The notes beneath the pieces were generated by a model. It was given only the letters and a program-made list of their open reading frames with translations. It ran no database searches and had not been told where the DNA came from. The position numbers and the translations under genes were made by a program. From Alphaproteobacteria bacterium (GTDB lineage: Bacteria > Pseudomonadota > Alphaproteobacteria > SP197), in contig OZ245842.1 of NCBI GenBank assembly GCA_965228895.1, forward strand, positions 3,424,001-3,488,000: DNA of 64,000 nucleotides, in the 5' to 3' direction. Shown piece by piece: positions 16,775-25,387 of the stretch. The first letter of the stretch is position 1, and each line of letters begins with the position of its first letter.

Positions 16775-18454
16775 ATGGCCGCTCCGGACAAGCGCCTGGC
16801 TGAAGCTCTCTCCCACCATCGCGCGGGGCATCTGGATCAAGCGTTGCTTGGCTATCGCGCGGTGCTCGAAGATCAACCCCAATCCGCCGACGCCCATCAT
16901 CTAATGGGACTGGCGCTCGACCAGAAGGGCGATCACGAGGCCGCCATCGCCGCCATCGAAAAGGCGGCCGCCTTGAAGCCGGCAAGCGGACTCTTCCACT
17001 TCAACCTGGCGCGCGTCTTAAGCGAAGCAGGCCATGATGACCGCGCACGCAGGGCCTATCGCGCCGCGATCGACATGAAGCCCGGCGATGCGGACGCGCA
17101 CAGCAATCTTGGACTTTTGGAGGAACGCGCCGGTAAACCGGACGCGGCCTTGGCGGCGTTCGAGGCCGCGCTCGCTGTCGATCCCGGGCACCAGAAGGCG
17201 CGCGTCAACCTGGCGCGGACCTTGATTGCGCTGAAGCGGTTCGATGACGCCACAGCGCACCTCAAACACCTGACCGACCTGCCCGACGCGCCAGCCGAAG
17301 CATGGTTTCTGACCGGCACGTTGGCCGAGGATACCGAGCATTTCGATGACGCTATCGCGGCCTATCGCCGAGCGTTGGCGATCGCGCCCGATTTCGAGAA
17401 GGCGCGCAACAACCTGGGTACCGCCTTGCTCGGCGCCCAGCGTTACGGCGAGGCGCGGCAGGTGTTCAACGCCATGTTTGCGGTCAAACGCGGTGACGCC
17501 GGTTCCGACGCCGGAACGTTTACCGACGAGCGTTTCCCGGCTCGAGAGCACACGCGGCTTAGAACCTGCCGCTATCGGCTGACGGACAGCGCGGATCAAA
17601 TCGACTATCTGATCGCAAACGATCTGCTGGACCCAAGCTGGGCGGCGGCGGCGGGACGTTATCGCGACGCCATCGCGGCCGTCGACCGCAGTCATCCCGC
17701 CGACAAGCCGGTCGTACTGGAAGGACTGGAGGCCGACGCGCTTGCCGACCTACACGACCGCGCCATTCGCGTCGCCGACACCACACCGCTCGCCGGACCC
17801 GCAATCGGGCAGGACAACGACTACGGGGCGATCGAAGACGCCTACCTCGCCGCCGCCACGTCGATCACCACGATCGATGGTTTTTTGAGCACCGAAGCCT
17901 TGAACGCGCTGCGCGACTACTGCCGCCAGTCGACGATCTTCTTCGGTCATAACGCGACCGGCTACGTCACCTCTTACATGGCCGACGGTTTCGCCTGCTC
18001 GTTGCTCTACACGATTGCCGAGGAATTGCAGGCGGCCATGCCGCGCGTTCTGGGCAGCCGCCCGCTGCACAACATGTGGGTCTACCGTCACGCCAATCAC
18101 GGCGGCGGTGTCGATGCCCATACCGATGACGCGTCCGTCACCTTCAACTTTTGGATCACCGAAGCCGACGCCAACTTGGACAGCGATCACGGCGGCCTGA
18201 TCGTCTATCAGCGCGAGCAACCGCTGGACTGGGACTGGGTCGACATGAACTTGCGCAAGAACGAACCGGATGTGAAAGCCAAGTACACGGCCTTTCTGGC
18301 GGAGGCGCCGGAGGTGCGCTTACCATACGGCGAGAACCGCGCGATCCTGTTCCACTCCAACCTGCTGCACAAGTCCGACCGCCTGACCTTCAAGGAAGGG
18401 TTCGATCAGCGGCGCATGAACGTGACGCTGCTGTTCGGCGAGCGCGGCACCTGA
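16775..18454 (+). CDS. TPR repeat protein with C-terminal 2OG-Fe(II) oxygenase-like domain
   Basis: About seven TPRs (AHHLMGLAL, AHSNLG, ARVNLA, ARNNLG); C-terminal HTD...H (AHTDDASV...LLHKSD) and RRMNVTLLF. Confidence 0.8.
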   Translation: MAAPDKRLAEALSHHRAGHLDQALLGYRAVLEDQPQSADAHHLMGLALDQKGDHEAAIAAIEKAAALKPASGLFHFNLARVLSEAGHDDRARRAYRAAIDMKPGDADAHSNLGLLEERAGKPDAALAAFEAALAVDPGHQKARVNLARTLIALKRFDDATAHLKHLTDLPDAPAEAWFLTGTLAEDTEHFDDAIAAYRRALAIAPDFEKARNNLGTALLGAQRYGEARQVFNAMFAVKRGDAGSDAGTFTDERFPAREHTRLRTCRYRLTDSADQIDYLIANDLLDPSWAAAAGRYRDAIAAVDRSHPADKPVVLEGLEADALADLHDRAIRVADTTPLAGPAIGQDNDYGAIEDAYLAAATSITTIDGFLSTEALNALRDYCRQSTIFFGHNATGYVTSYMADGFACSLLYTIAEELQAAMPRVLGSRPLHNMWVYRHANHGGGVDAHTDDASVTFNFWITEADANLDSDHGGLIVYQREQPLDWDWVDMNLRKNEPDVKAKYTAFLAEAPEVRLPYGENRAILFHSNLLHKSDRLTFKEGFDQRRMNVTLLFGERGT

Positions 18455-18489
18455 CTTGCCGGTCACCACGGCCTACCGGTTTCTTCCAC

Positions 18490-18683
18490 AAGCAGCCGGG
18501 GCGGGTAACAAAACCGTCACGGCGCAGAGCCTGACCCGTCACACTCGAGCGCTAGAACATGGCCTGACGGCGCATACGCGGACCTACACCCAGAGCCGGC
18601 GTCGTCACGATCGCCTCCCGGCGATTTAGAACCCCGCCTGCACGCTTGGAGGGGCCGTGACAACGGCCCCTCCTTTCTTTTTT
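18490..18683 (+). ncRNA. Candidate small regulatory RNA (5' end uncertain)
   Basis: About 190 nt without a plausible ORF, ending in a perfect terminator; hairpin ATCGCC-TCCC-GGCGAT (18610-18625) carrying an anti-SD CCUCCC; partial 5'/3' complementarity (GGGCGGGT / ACCCCGCC). Confidence 0.45.
18648..18683 (+). terminator. Rho-independent terminator
   Basis: Perfect 11-bp stem GGAGGGGCCGT-GACA-ACGGCCCCTCC followed by TTTCTTTTTT. Confidence 0.92.
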
Positions 18684-18838
18684 ATAGTGTCTCTAAAGGT
18701 TAACCATCTGTCGGGATTTGCCGATTTCGTGCAATTGCGTAACAATTCAATTCTGTGCTTTCGTTTGCGACGGCAGGCGGGCACCTGTGTTTGGTCACGA
18801 CAGTCGCGGCATGCGACATCATTCGGGGGTACATCACG

Positions 18839-19276
18839 ATGACTACTTGGCACCAGATCCGGCGCTTCGGACTTGCCCTGGCCGTTGTCCTCGCCGCGAG
18901 CGTTTGGGTCACGGAAGCGGCGCGGGCCAATATGACGATTTGCAACTATTCTCGCGGTCCCGTCGATGTTGCGATCGGCTACTACGATCATGAGTTCGAC
19001 GAATGGGTCTCCAGCGGCTGGTACGAAGTGCGGGCTGGCAAATGCGACACGCTGTTCGTCCTGCATGAGTATGGCCCCGAGGAGTACGTCTATATCTACG
19101 CCGAGAGCCAACTCGGTGACGGCGAATGGTCGGGCGAGTACAACATGTGCGTCGACAACGATGCCTTCGAGATCTTCGGATGGGAGAACTGCAAGGCGCG
19201 CGGATTCTATTCCTACGGATTTGTCGAACTTGATGTGAGAAACGCCTCCACGTTCACCTACGACCTCATCGAGTAA
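18839..19276 (+). CDS. DUF1036-family exported protein
   Basis: Signal peptide ending EAARA; ICNYS...VAIGY...WVSSGWY...C...YIYAE...W.G...MCVD..AFEIFGWENCKARGF...GFVELD. Confidence 0.85.
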   Translation: MTTWHQIRRFGLALAVVLAASVWVTEAARANMTICNYSRGPVDVAIGYYDHEFDEWVSSGWYEVRAGKCDTLFVLHEYGPEEYVYIYAESQLGDGEWSGEYNMCVDNDAFEIFGWENCKARGFYSYGFVELDVRNASTFTYDLIE

Positions 19277-20190
19277 GCGGCTGCTATGACCGGATTGTCG
19301 AAGGCGGCGTTGTCTTGGACGGACGCCGACTCCGCGATAATCCAGTCACGAAATGCACGACAGCCCGAATCGCTCAAGGTGCCCTTGGGATAGGCCAGGA
19401 AGTAGCCGTAGTCCGATAGCACAACCGGCGAAATCTGCACCAGACGCCCCGCGGTGAGATCGTCGGCGACCAGATCATCGTTGAGCGCCAGGCCCTGGCC
19501 GTCGATGACCGCTTGCACCCGAACGTTCGGATCGGGGATCACAAGATCGTTCCGCGTCAATGGATAGGTGCGGCCGGCCGCTTCAAACCAGTCAAGCCAT
19601 GCGCTGCTGCCGTCGCGATCGTGCAGCAACGGCGTCTGCATGAACACCGCGTCCAGACCTTGATCAACGACCTGCTGTGCAATCGAAGCGCCGGCGGTCA
19701 CAAACGCCGGGCATCGGAATAACCGTTCGATCTCCAGGTCTGACCAGTCGCCGCGGCCCCATCGTATCGCCATGTCGATGTCGTGGGATCTCAGATCGAT
19801 CAAATCGACCAGCGGCTGCAGACGCAACGCCAGGTCTGGATGGTCGGCCATGAACATCATCAAACGCGGCGACAGCCAACGCGATGCGAAATACGTCGAC
19901 AGGCCGATGGTGATGCGCGCCGCCGTTTCGCCGCGCAAGCCATCGATCGTGCGGTCGAGATCGCCGAACAGCGCCTGACATGTGTGCGCCAGCGTCAGCC
20001 CCTTCTCGGTCAGCGCAACGCCGCGATGCTGGCGGGTGAAAAGCTGGAAACCGAGTTCGGCCTCCAAGCGTTTGATCTGATAGCTGATCGCGCCTTTGGT
20101 CAGATGAAGCTCGTCGGCCGCCGCCGTAAAGCTCAGACAGCGCGCCACGACACCGAATACATGAAGGCTGTCATAGCTTCGAAAGGCCAT
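19258..20190 (-). CDS. LysR family transcriptional regulator (GcvA-like)
   Basis: SFTAAADELHLTKGAISYQIKRLEAELGFQLFTR HTH; WLSPRL, DMAIRWG; divergent from the MttB-family gene. Confidence 0.95.
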   Translation of the reverse strand: MAFRSYDSLHVFGVVARCLSFTAAADELHLTKGAISYQIKRLEAELGFQLFTRQHRGVALTEKGLTLAHTCQALFGDLDRTIDGLRGETAARITIGLSTYFASRWLSPRLMMFMADHPDLALRLQPLVDLIDLRSHDIDMAIRWGRGDWSDLEIERLFRCPAFVTAGASIAQQVVDQGLDAVFMQTPLLHDRDGSSAWLDWFEAAGRTYPLTRNDLVIPDPNVRVQAVIDGQGLALNDDLVADDLTAGRLVQISPVVLSDYGYFLAYPKGTLSDSGCRAFRDWIIAESASVQDNAAFDNPVIAAAYSMRS

Positions 20191-20197
20191 CCTTTGC

Positions 20198-20214
20198 GTT
20201 TAGTAAAATTGAAC
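20198..20214. promoter_or_regulatory. Putative LysR binding box
   Basis: Dyad GTTTA-N7-TGAAC containing T-N11-A, just upstream of the LysR start in an AT-rich divergent promoter region. Confidence 0.5.
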
Positions 20215-20327
20215 GCAAAGTGCAAATCTTTTCAATTGTAGGGTGGATACATACGTCGTCTTCTGGCGTTCTGCTGGCACTTTCCTGATCGGGTGGCGCG
20301 CAGCGAATTTGATCGCAGGCGAAGGAC

Positions 20328-21896
20328 ATGCTGGGCTCGGACGGCGCGCATCACGCTTCAACCAACGCTGACGGACGCCGGCGCGCCGGCGGGCGTTCGG
20401 GTCGCGTCGCACGCCGACGGAACAGCGCCTTCGCCAAACCGGTGACCGTCACGCGCCGGATCCCAATCTATGACCTTCTCGACGAGGAGGCGCTTCAAGC
20501 GCTTGAGGCTCACACCGACTGGATCCTCAAAGAGATCGGCATCGAGTTTCGCGGCGATGAGGAAGCGCTTGGCTTGTTCAAAGATGCCGGCGCAACCGTC
20601 ACCGGCGAACGCGTGCGCTTCGATGCCGGCCACGCCCGCGCTCTGTGTTCGACGGCGCCGGCAACGTTCCGGATGGAAGGCCGCGACTCCACCTCGTCGA
20701 TCACGCTCGGTGGCAACGACACGGTCTTCATGCCGTCCTATGGCCCGCCCTTTGTCAGCGATCTCGAATACGGACGTCGCTATGCGACGATCGACGACTT
20801 CCGCAATATCGTGAAGCTCACCTATGCCACACCCTGGCTGAACCATTCGGGCGGCACCGTGTGCGAGCCTGTCGACCTGCCGGTCAACAAGCGCCACCTC
20901 GATATGGTCTATGCGCACCTCTGCTATTCGACCAAGCCGTTCATGGGCGCCGTCACCGCGCCGGAACGGGCCGAAGACTCGATCGCCATGGCGCGGCTCG
21001 TGTTCGGTGACGCCTATCTGGAAGACCACTGCGTCATTCAGGGCAACATCAACGTCAACTCGCCCTTGGTCTACGACCACATCATGTCCGGCGCGTTGAA
21101 GGCCTATGCCCGCGCCAACCAGAGCGTCGTCGTGTCGCCGTTCATCCTGGGCGGCGCCATGGGGCCGGTGACCCAACCTGCCCTGCTGGCCCAGGCGCAT
21201 GCAGAAGCGATGGCCGGCATCGCGCTCAGCCAGCTCGTGCGCAAAGGAGCGCCGGTCGTCTATGGCAACTTCCTTACCACCATGGATCTGAAGTCGGGTG
21301 CGCCGACATTCGGCACCCCGGAAGCCAATCTCTCGACCTTCGCGATCGGCCAGCTCTGCCGCCGTCTCGGCCTGCCGCTGCGCTGCGGCGGTCATCTGAC
21401 CGCATCGAAGGTAGCGGACGGCCAGGCGATGCAGGAATCCGCCGCCAGCATGATGGCCGGCATCATGGCCGGCTCCAACTTTGTCTTCCATGCCGCCGGC
21501 TGGCTCGAAAGCGGTCTCACCTTCGGCTATGAAAAGTTCGCCATGGACCTCGATCACTGCGGCATGATGTGGCGCTTGCTGGACGGCCTTTCGATCACGC
21601 CCGATGAACTCGCGGCTGACGCCTTTCGCGAGGCTGGACCGGGTAACAATTTCCTGGGCACCGCCCACACGCTCGCCCATTTCGAGACCGCGAACTACCT
21701 CTCCGATCTCGCCGACACGAAGTCCTACGAGCAGTGGGACGAAGACGGCCGGCGCGACATCGAACGGCGCGCCCACGACCGCTGGAGACAGATGCTGGCC
21801 GACTATCAGGCACCGCCGCTGGATCCCGCGATCGATGAGGCGTTGCAAGACTACATGGCGCGCAAAAAGGCCGCCGAACCCGATCAATGGCATTGA
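20328..21896 (+). CDS. Trimethylamine methyltransferase (MttB) superfamily protein, non-pyrrolysine type
   Basis: ILKEIGIEF, YGPPFV, SGGTVCEPVD, NVNSPL, GGAMGPVT, GAPTFGTPE, HAAGWLESGL; no in-frame UAG. Confidence 0.92.
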   Translation: MLGSDGAHHASTNADGRRRAGGRSGRVARRRNSAFAKPVTVTRRIPIYDLLDEEALQALEAHTDWILKEIGIEFRGDEEALGLFKDAGATVTGERVRFDAGHARALCSTAPATFRMEGRDSTSSITLGGNDTVFMPSYGPPFVSDLEYGRRYATIDDFRNIVKLTYATPWLNHSGGTVCEPVDLPVNKRHLDMVYAHLCYSTKPFMGAVTAPERAEDSIAMARLVFGDAYLEDHCVIQGNINVNSPLVYDHIMSGALKAYARANQSVVVSPFILGGAMGPVTQPALLAQAHAEAMAGIALSQLVRKGAPVVYGNFLTTMDLKSGAPTFGTPEANLSTFAIGQLCRRLGLPLRCGGHLTASKVADGQAMQESAASMMAGIMAGSNFVFHAAGWLESGLTFGYEKFAMDLDHCGMMWRLLDGLSITPDELAADAFREAGPGNNFLGTAHTLAHFETANYLSDLADTKSYEQWDEDGRRDIERRAHDRWRQMLADYQAPPLDPAIDEALQDYMARKKAAEPDQWH

Positions 21897-21922
21897 ACCT
21901 TCAACCCGCAAGGAGACCGATC

Positions 21923-22297
21923 ATGAACAAATGCCTGCGTATTCCCACCGGCGCCGTACCGGGCCTGGAGCCGACCGACTATATTCCCGCCGACGGCTTG
22001 CAGTCGGGCGAACCGAACGAACGGGGCTTGAGTTTCTACGCCGACCAGACCGGCCAGCTCGACGCCGGCGTGTGGGAATGCGAGCCCAACAAACACGTCA
22101 TCGAAGCCGCGCCCTATGATGAGTTCGTCTATCTGATCGAGGGCCATATCGACGTCATTGACGAAGACGGCGGCGTCGAGAGCTACAAGGCCGGCGACAG
22201 CTTCATGATGCCAAGGGGCTGCAAGTGCACCTGGGACGTCAAGGCGCCGGTGCGCAAGCTCTATGTCGTGCTGACGGCGGAAGACTATAAAGGCTGA
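21923..22297 (+). CDS. Cupin-domain protein (DUF861/EutQ-like)
   Basis: AGGAGA RBS; AGVWECEP...DEFVYLIEG...AGDSFMMPRG..CTWDV...RKLYV. Confidence 0.9.
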   Translation: MNKCLRIPTGAVPGLEPTDYIPADGLQSGEPNERGLSFYADQTGQLDAGVWECEPNKHVIEAAPYDEFVYLIEGHIDVIDEDGGVESYKAGDSFMMPRGCKCTWDVKAPVRKLYVVLTAEDYKG

Positions 22298-22431
22298 ACC
22301 GCCGGTCACACGCAACTGAAACGATAAACCGCCGCGGCGGAAACGCGATAGAAACTCGCCGGGGTCATATCTGACGAACGCCAACACGCGTGACGAGATC
22401 GTTGATCGCCACGCGCCACAGGAGTTTGCCA

Positions 22432-22857
22432 ATGACCCCGGAACAAATCATCCTTGTCCAGAACAGCTTCGGCAAGGTACTGCCCATTCAGGAGACTGCG
22501 GCGCAGTTGTTCTACGGGCGGCTTTTCGAACTGGACCCCAGCCTGGAGCACCTGTTCCACACCGACATGACCGAACAGGGCCGCAGGCTGATGGGAGCCA
22601 TCGACAACGTGGTGCGTCACCTCGAAGACCTGGAAAGCATCCTGCCCACAATTCGCGACCTCGGCCGGCGCCACGCCGGTTACGGTGTCGAGCCCCGGCA
22701 CTACGACACCGTGGCCGCGGCCCTGCTATGGACACTGGAACAGGGCCTGGGCGACGATTTTACCGACGATACCAAACAGGCGTGGGCGACAGCCTATGGC
22801 CTCTTGTCCTCGACCATGATGGATGCCGCGCAGTCACAGACCGCGCAACCGTCCTGA
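22432..22857 (+). CDS. Single-domain globin (flavohemoglobin-type globin without reductase)
   Basis: CAGGAG RBS; FYGRLFE (B10 Tyr), LF (CD1 Phe), EQG (E7 Gln), LGRRHAGYGV (F8 His), AWATAY. Confidence 0.92.
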   Translation: MTPEQIILVQNSFGKVLPIQETAAQLFYGRLFELDPSLEHLFHTDMTEQGRRLMGAIDNVVRHLEDLESILPTIRDLGRRHAGYGVEPRHYDTVAAALLWTLEQGLGDDFTDDTKQAWATAYGLLSSTMMDAAQSQTAQPS

Positions 22858-22864
22858 CGCAAAC

Positions 22865-22896
22865 GACAGCGCCCAGATGCGGCGCTGGTCTTCTTT
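22865..22896 (+). terminator. Possible terminator after globin
   Basis: CAGCGCC-N7-GGCGCTG followed by a T-rich tract. Confidence 0.4.
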
Positions 22897-22971
22897 GGCT
22901 TCGGATTCGCGGCGGGACTGCACTAGATTGGTGCGTCACCGCGTCTACCCGAGAAAGCCAAGGAGACCAGC

Positions 22972-23703
22972 ATGCCACAACCCATCTGCGCCATCGTCGG
23001 TGCCGGCGAAGGTCTCGGCCGTGCGCTGGCCGCCAGATTCGCGCGCGAGGGTTTTGATATCGCCCTGGTGTCGCGCACCGAGATGGGCAGCAACGCGGCC
23101 GCCGAAGCCGCAGCGCTGGCTCGCGCGCAAGCCCGGGTCGAGTTTCAGGCCGCCGATGCGCACCAACCGGAGAGTATCGAGAAGGCGCTTGGAACAATCG
23201 CCGCCGACATGGGTGCTATCGACGTCCTTATCTATAACGTCCGCGACACGTTCACACGGTGCGAGCCGCTTGCCATGACCTATGCCGATCTTGAGGCAAC
23301 CCATCGGATCGAGGTTGTCGGCGCGTTCGCGGCCGCCAAGGCGGCGCTGCCCGCCATGCGCGAACGCGGCCACGGCAGCGTGTTTTTCTCAAGCGCGACG
23401 GCGGCCTATCGCGGCTCGGCAACCCATCCGCTCTATGCCATCGGCAAGTTCGGCCTGCGCGGCCTCTCACAAAGTCTTGCGAAGGCCTACGCCAAGGATG
23501 GCGTACACATCGTTCATGTCCGGCTCGACTGCGATCTCGACGTGCCGCTGATGCAAGAAGCCTATGGCGACACCTACGATCCCAAGAACCTCGCCAACAC
23601 CGACGACGTTGCGGAAACCTATTGGTGGGTCCACCAGCAACCGAAGTCCGCTTGGACCAACGAGGTCGAACTCAGGCCCTATACGGAAACGTGGACATAT
23701 TGA
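22972..23703 (+). CDS. Short-chain dehydrogenase/reductase (SDR)
   Basis: GAGEGLG, LIYN, SSATA, YAIGK (YxxxK), WTNEVELRP. Confidence 0.92.
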   Translation: MPQPICAIVGAGEGLGRALAARFAREGFDIALVSRTEMGSNAAAEAAALARAQARVEFQAADAHQPESIEKALGTIAADMGAIDVLIYNVRDTFTRCEPLAMTYADLEATHRIEVVGAFAAAKAALPAMRERGHGSVFFSSATAAYRGSATHPLYAIGKFGLRGLSQSLAKAYAKDGVHIVHVRLDCDLDVPLMQEAYGDTYDPKNLANTDDVAETYWWVHQQPKSAWTNEVELRPYTETWTY

Positions 23704-23734
23704 GTGAAATCGACCCGAAAAAAGCCAGGCAGAC

Positions 23735-24370
23735 TCACTCCTCGCCCTGAATGTGCTGGCGTACGGGATCGAGCCAGTCGGCGGTTTCGACCACGCCCCA
23801 CACCGTGGCCGCCGTGACGGCCAGGGAAACCAGCGCGGTCAGCAACGCGATGAGCAACGCGACACCGTCCTCCTCCAGGTAGGCGAGCGCCAGCAGCATG
23901 ACGGCGATCGCGGGTAGATACTGGCTGAACGGCACCGGCGAGACGATCGTCAGCCCCAGCAACAGCATGATCAGCCCGGTCACGCGTTTGGTGGTCTGAA
24001 ACGGTGTCGGCCAGCGCGGCCAAATCAGACGCTCGACCCAACGAAGCCGGGGCGTGATGAAATTGATGACCCGCGCCAACCGGTCGACAGCAATCTTGCG
24101 CCGCGCGATGACACGCGGCAGCACCGCGACATCGTGACCCAGGATCATCTGGACCGCGGGCCAGGCAATCAGCACACCAACAACGAATGACGCACCGGGT
24201 ACGAATGCGATGACGGCCATGATGAAGAGAATCAGACCGAACGAACGCGCTCCGAGCTGTTCTATCAACCAGCCGACGGACACCTCCGCGCCATCAGCTT
24301 CGTCGAGCAACCCCGACAGATGAGCCGAGGTCGGAATGTATCCCGGCGGTACTGAATGTTCTTTCGCCAA
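23735..24370 (-). CDS. ExoD family exopolysaccharide-associated membrane protein
   Basis: LGARSFGLIL, QMILG...LP, RLIWPRW, PVPFSQYLPA, EEDG motif; multiple TM segments. Confidence 0.85.
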   Translation of the reverse strand: MAKEHSVPPGYIPTSAHLSGLLDEADGAEVSVGWLIEQLGARSFGLILFIMAVIAFVPGASFVVGVLIAWPAVQMILGHDVAVLPRVIARRKIAVDRLARVINFITPRLRWVERLIWPRWPTPFQTTKRVTGLIMLLLGLTIVSPVPFSQYLPAIAVMLLALAYLEEDGVALLIALLTALVSLAVTAATVWGVVETADWLDPVRQHIQGEE

Positions 24371-24406
24371 CGCCCCTCCCTTGGAGCCGATGCATGTCGT
24401 TACCAG

Positions 24407-25228
24407 TTAGTCGAACAACTGGCTCCAGGTGCCGCCGCCCTTCTGCGTCTCGGAATAACGCCGGCCCCAGATCAGGCCGCCGTCAATGACGATGTCTTCG
24501 CCGTTGATGAAACTGGCCTCGTCGCTGGCAAGGTAGAGCGCCGCCGAAGCGATGTCGTCGGTGACGCCTGCGCGTGGGATCGCCTGGATGCCGGCCAGGA
24601 CCGTCTTCACCTTCTCGACCGTCTTTTCCGCGTCCTCGATCTCCATGCCCATGGACTTGCCGAATATGCCGGTGGCGATACCGCCCGGTGAGATCGAGTT
24701 GACGCGCACGCCGTCTTCGCCCAGCTCCATGGCCGCTGAGCGCGTGAAATGGATGACCGCCGCCTTGGCGATGCCATAGATCATCGAACCGCTGTAACCC
24801 GCGCGGTGGCCGGCGACCGAACCAACGTTGATGACACTACCGGCGCCTTGCGCGCGCATCGCCGGTGCGGCGAACTTGGTATGCGCGATGGCGCCGCGCA
24901 CATGGACCTGGATCGCCGTATCGAACGCGTCAAGCGGCAGGTCTTCCAAACGCGCCGCCGGCGCCGGCGCGCCCGCATTGTTCATCAAGACGTCGATGCG
25001 GCCGTGCGTATCCAGCGTCTGTTTGATCGTACGTTCGGCATCCGCCACGCTACCGGCGTCGGCTTCGATGAATGTCGCGCCGGTCGCTGCGGCGACCTCC
25101 TGGCCAAGCGCTGCCCGGCGACCGGTGAAGACGACCTTGGCGCCCTCCTCGATGAACCGTTCGACAACGCGATGGCCGATGCCGGTGGTGCCGCCGGTGA
25201 CGACGGCGATTTTGCCTTCAAGCCTCAT
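24407..25228 (-). CDS. Classical SDR oxidoreductase
   Basis: TGGTTGIG, NNAG, YGIAK, VRVNSISPG, FINGEDIVIDGG. Confidence 0.95.
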   Translation of the reverse strand: MRLEGKIAVVTGGTTGIGHRVVERFIEEGAKVVFTGRRAALGQEVAAATGATFIEADAGSVADAERTIKQTLDTHGRIDVLMNNAGAPAPAARLEDLPLDAFDTAIQVHVRGAIAHTKFAAPAMRAQGAGSVINVGSVAGHRAGYSGSMIYGIAKAAVIHFTRSAAMELGEDGVRVNSISPGGIATGIFGKSMGMEIEDAEKTVEKVKTVLAGIQAIPRAGVTDDIASAALYLASDEASFINGEDIVIDGGLIWGRRYSETQKGGGTWSQLFD

Positions 25229-25387
25229 AAATCGACCCTTTCCCCTCCGCATACATCCTTAGAGCGAGTGTCCGGTACGACCTCGATACCGTCAAACTCT
25301 TCCGTTGGTTTATGGTCAATCGCATTGACCAGAGCTTGTCCGCCCGGCTAGCGTCCCGCCACACAATCAAAAAAGGACGCAAACGCC

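Noticed and set aside
20275-20290. Sigma-54 promoter (TGGCAC) upstream of the MttB-family gene
   Set aside because: The -12 element reads TGAT rather than TTGC, so the conserved GC is missing.
20328-21896. Possible pyrrolysine-containing trimethylamine methyltransferase
   Set aside because: The ORF is continuous with no in-frame UAG, and there are no pyl genes in the window.
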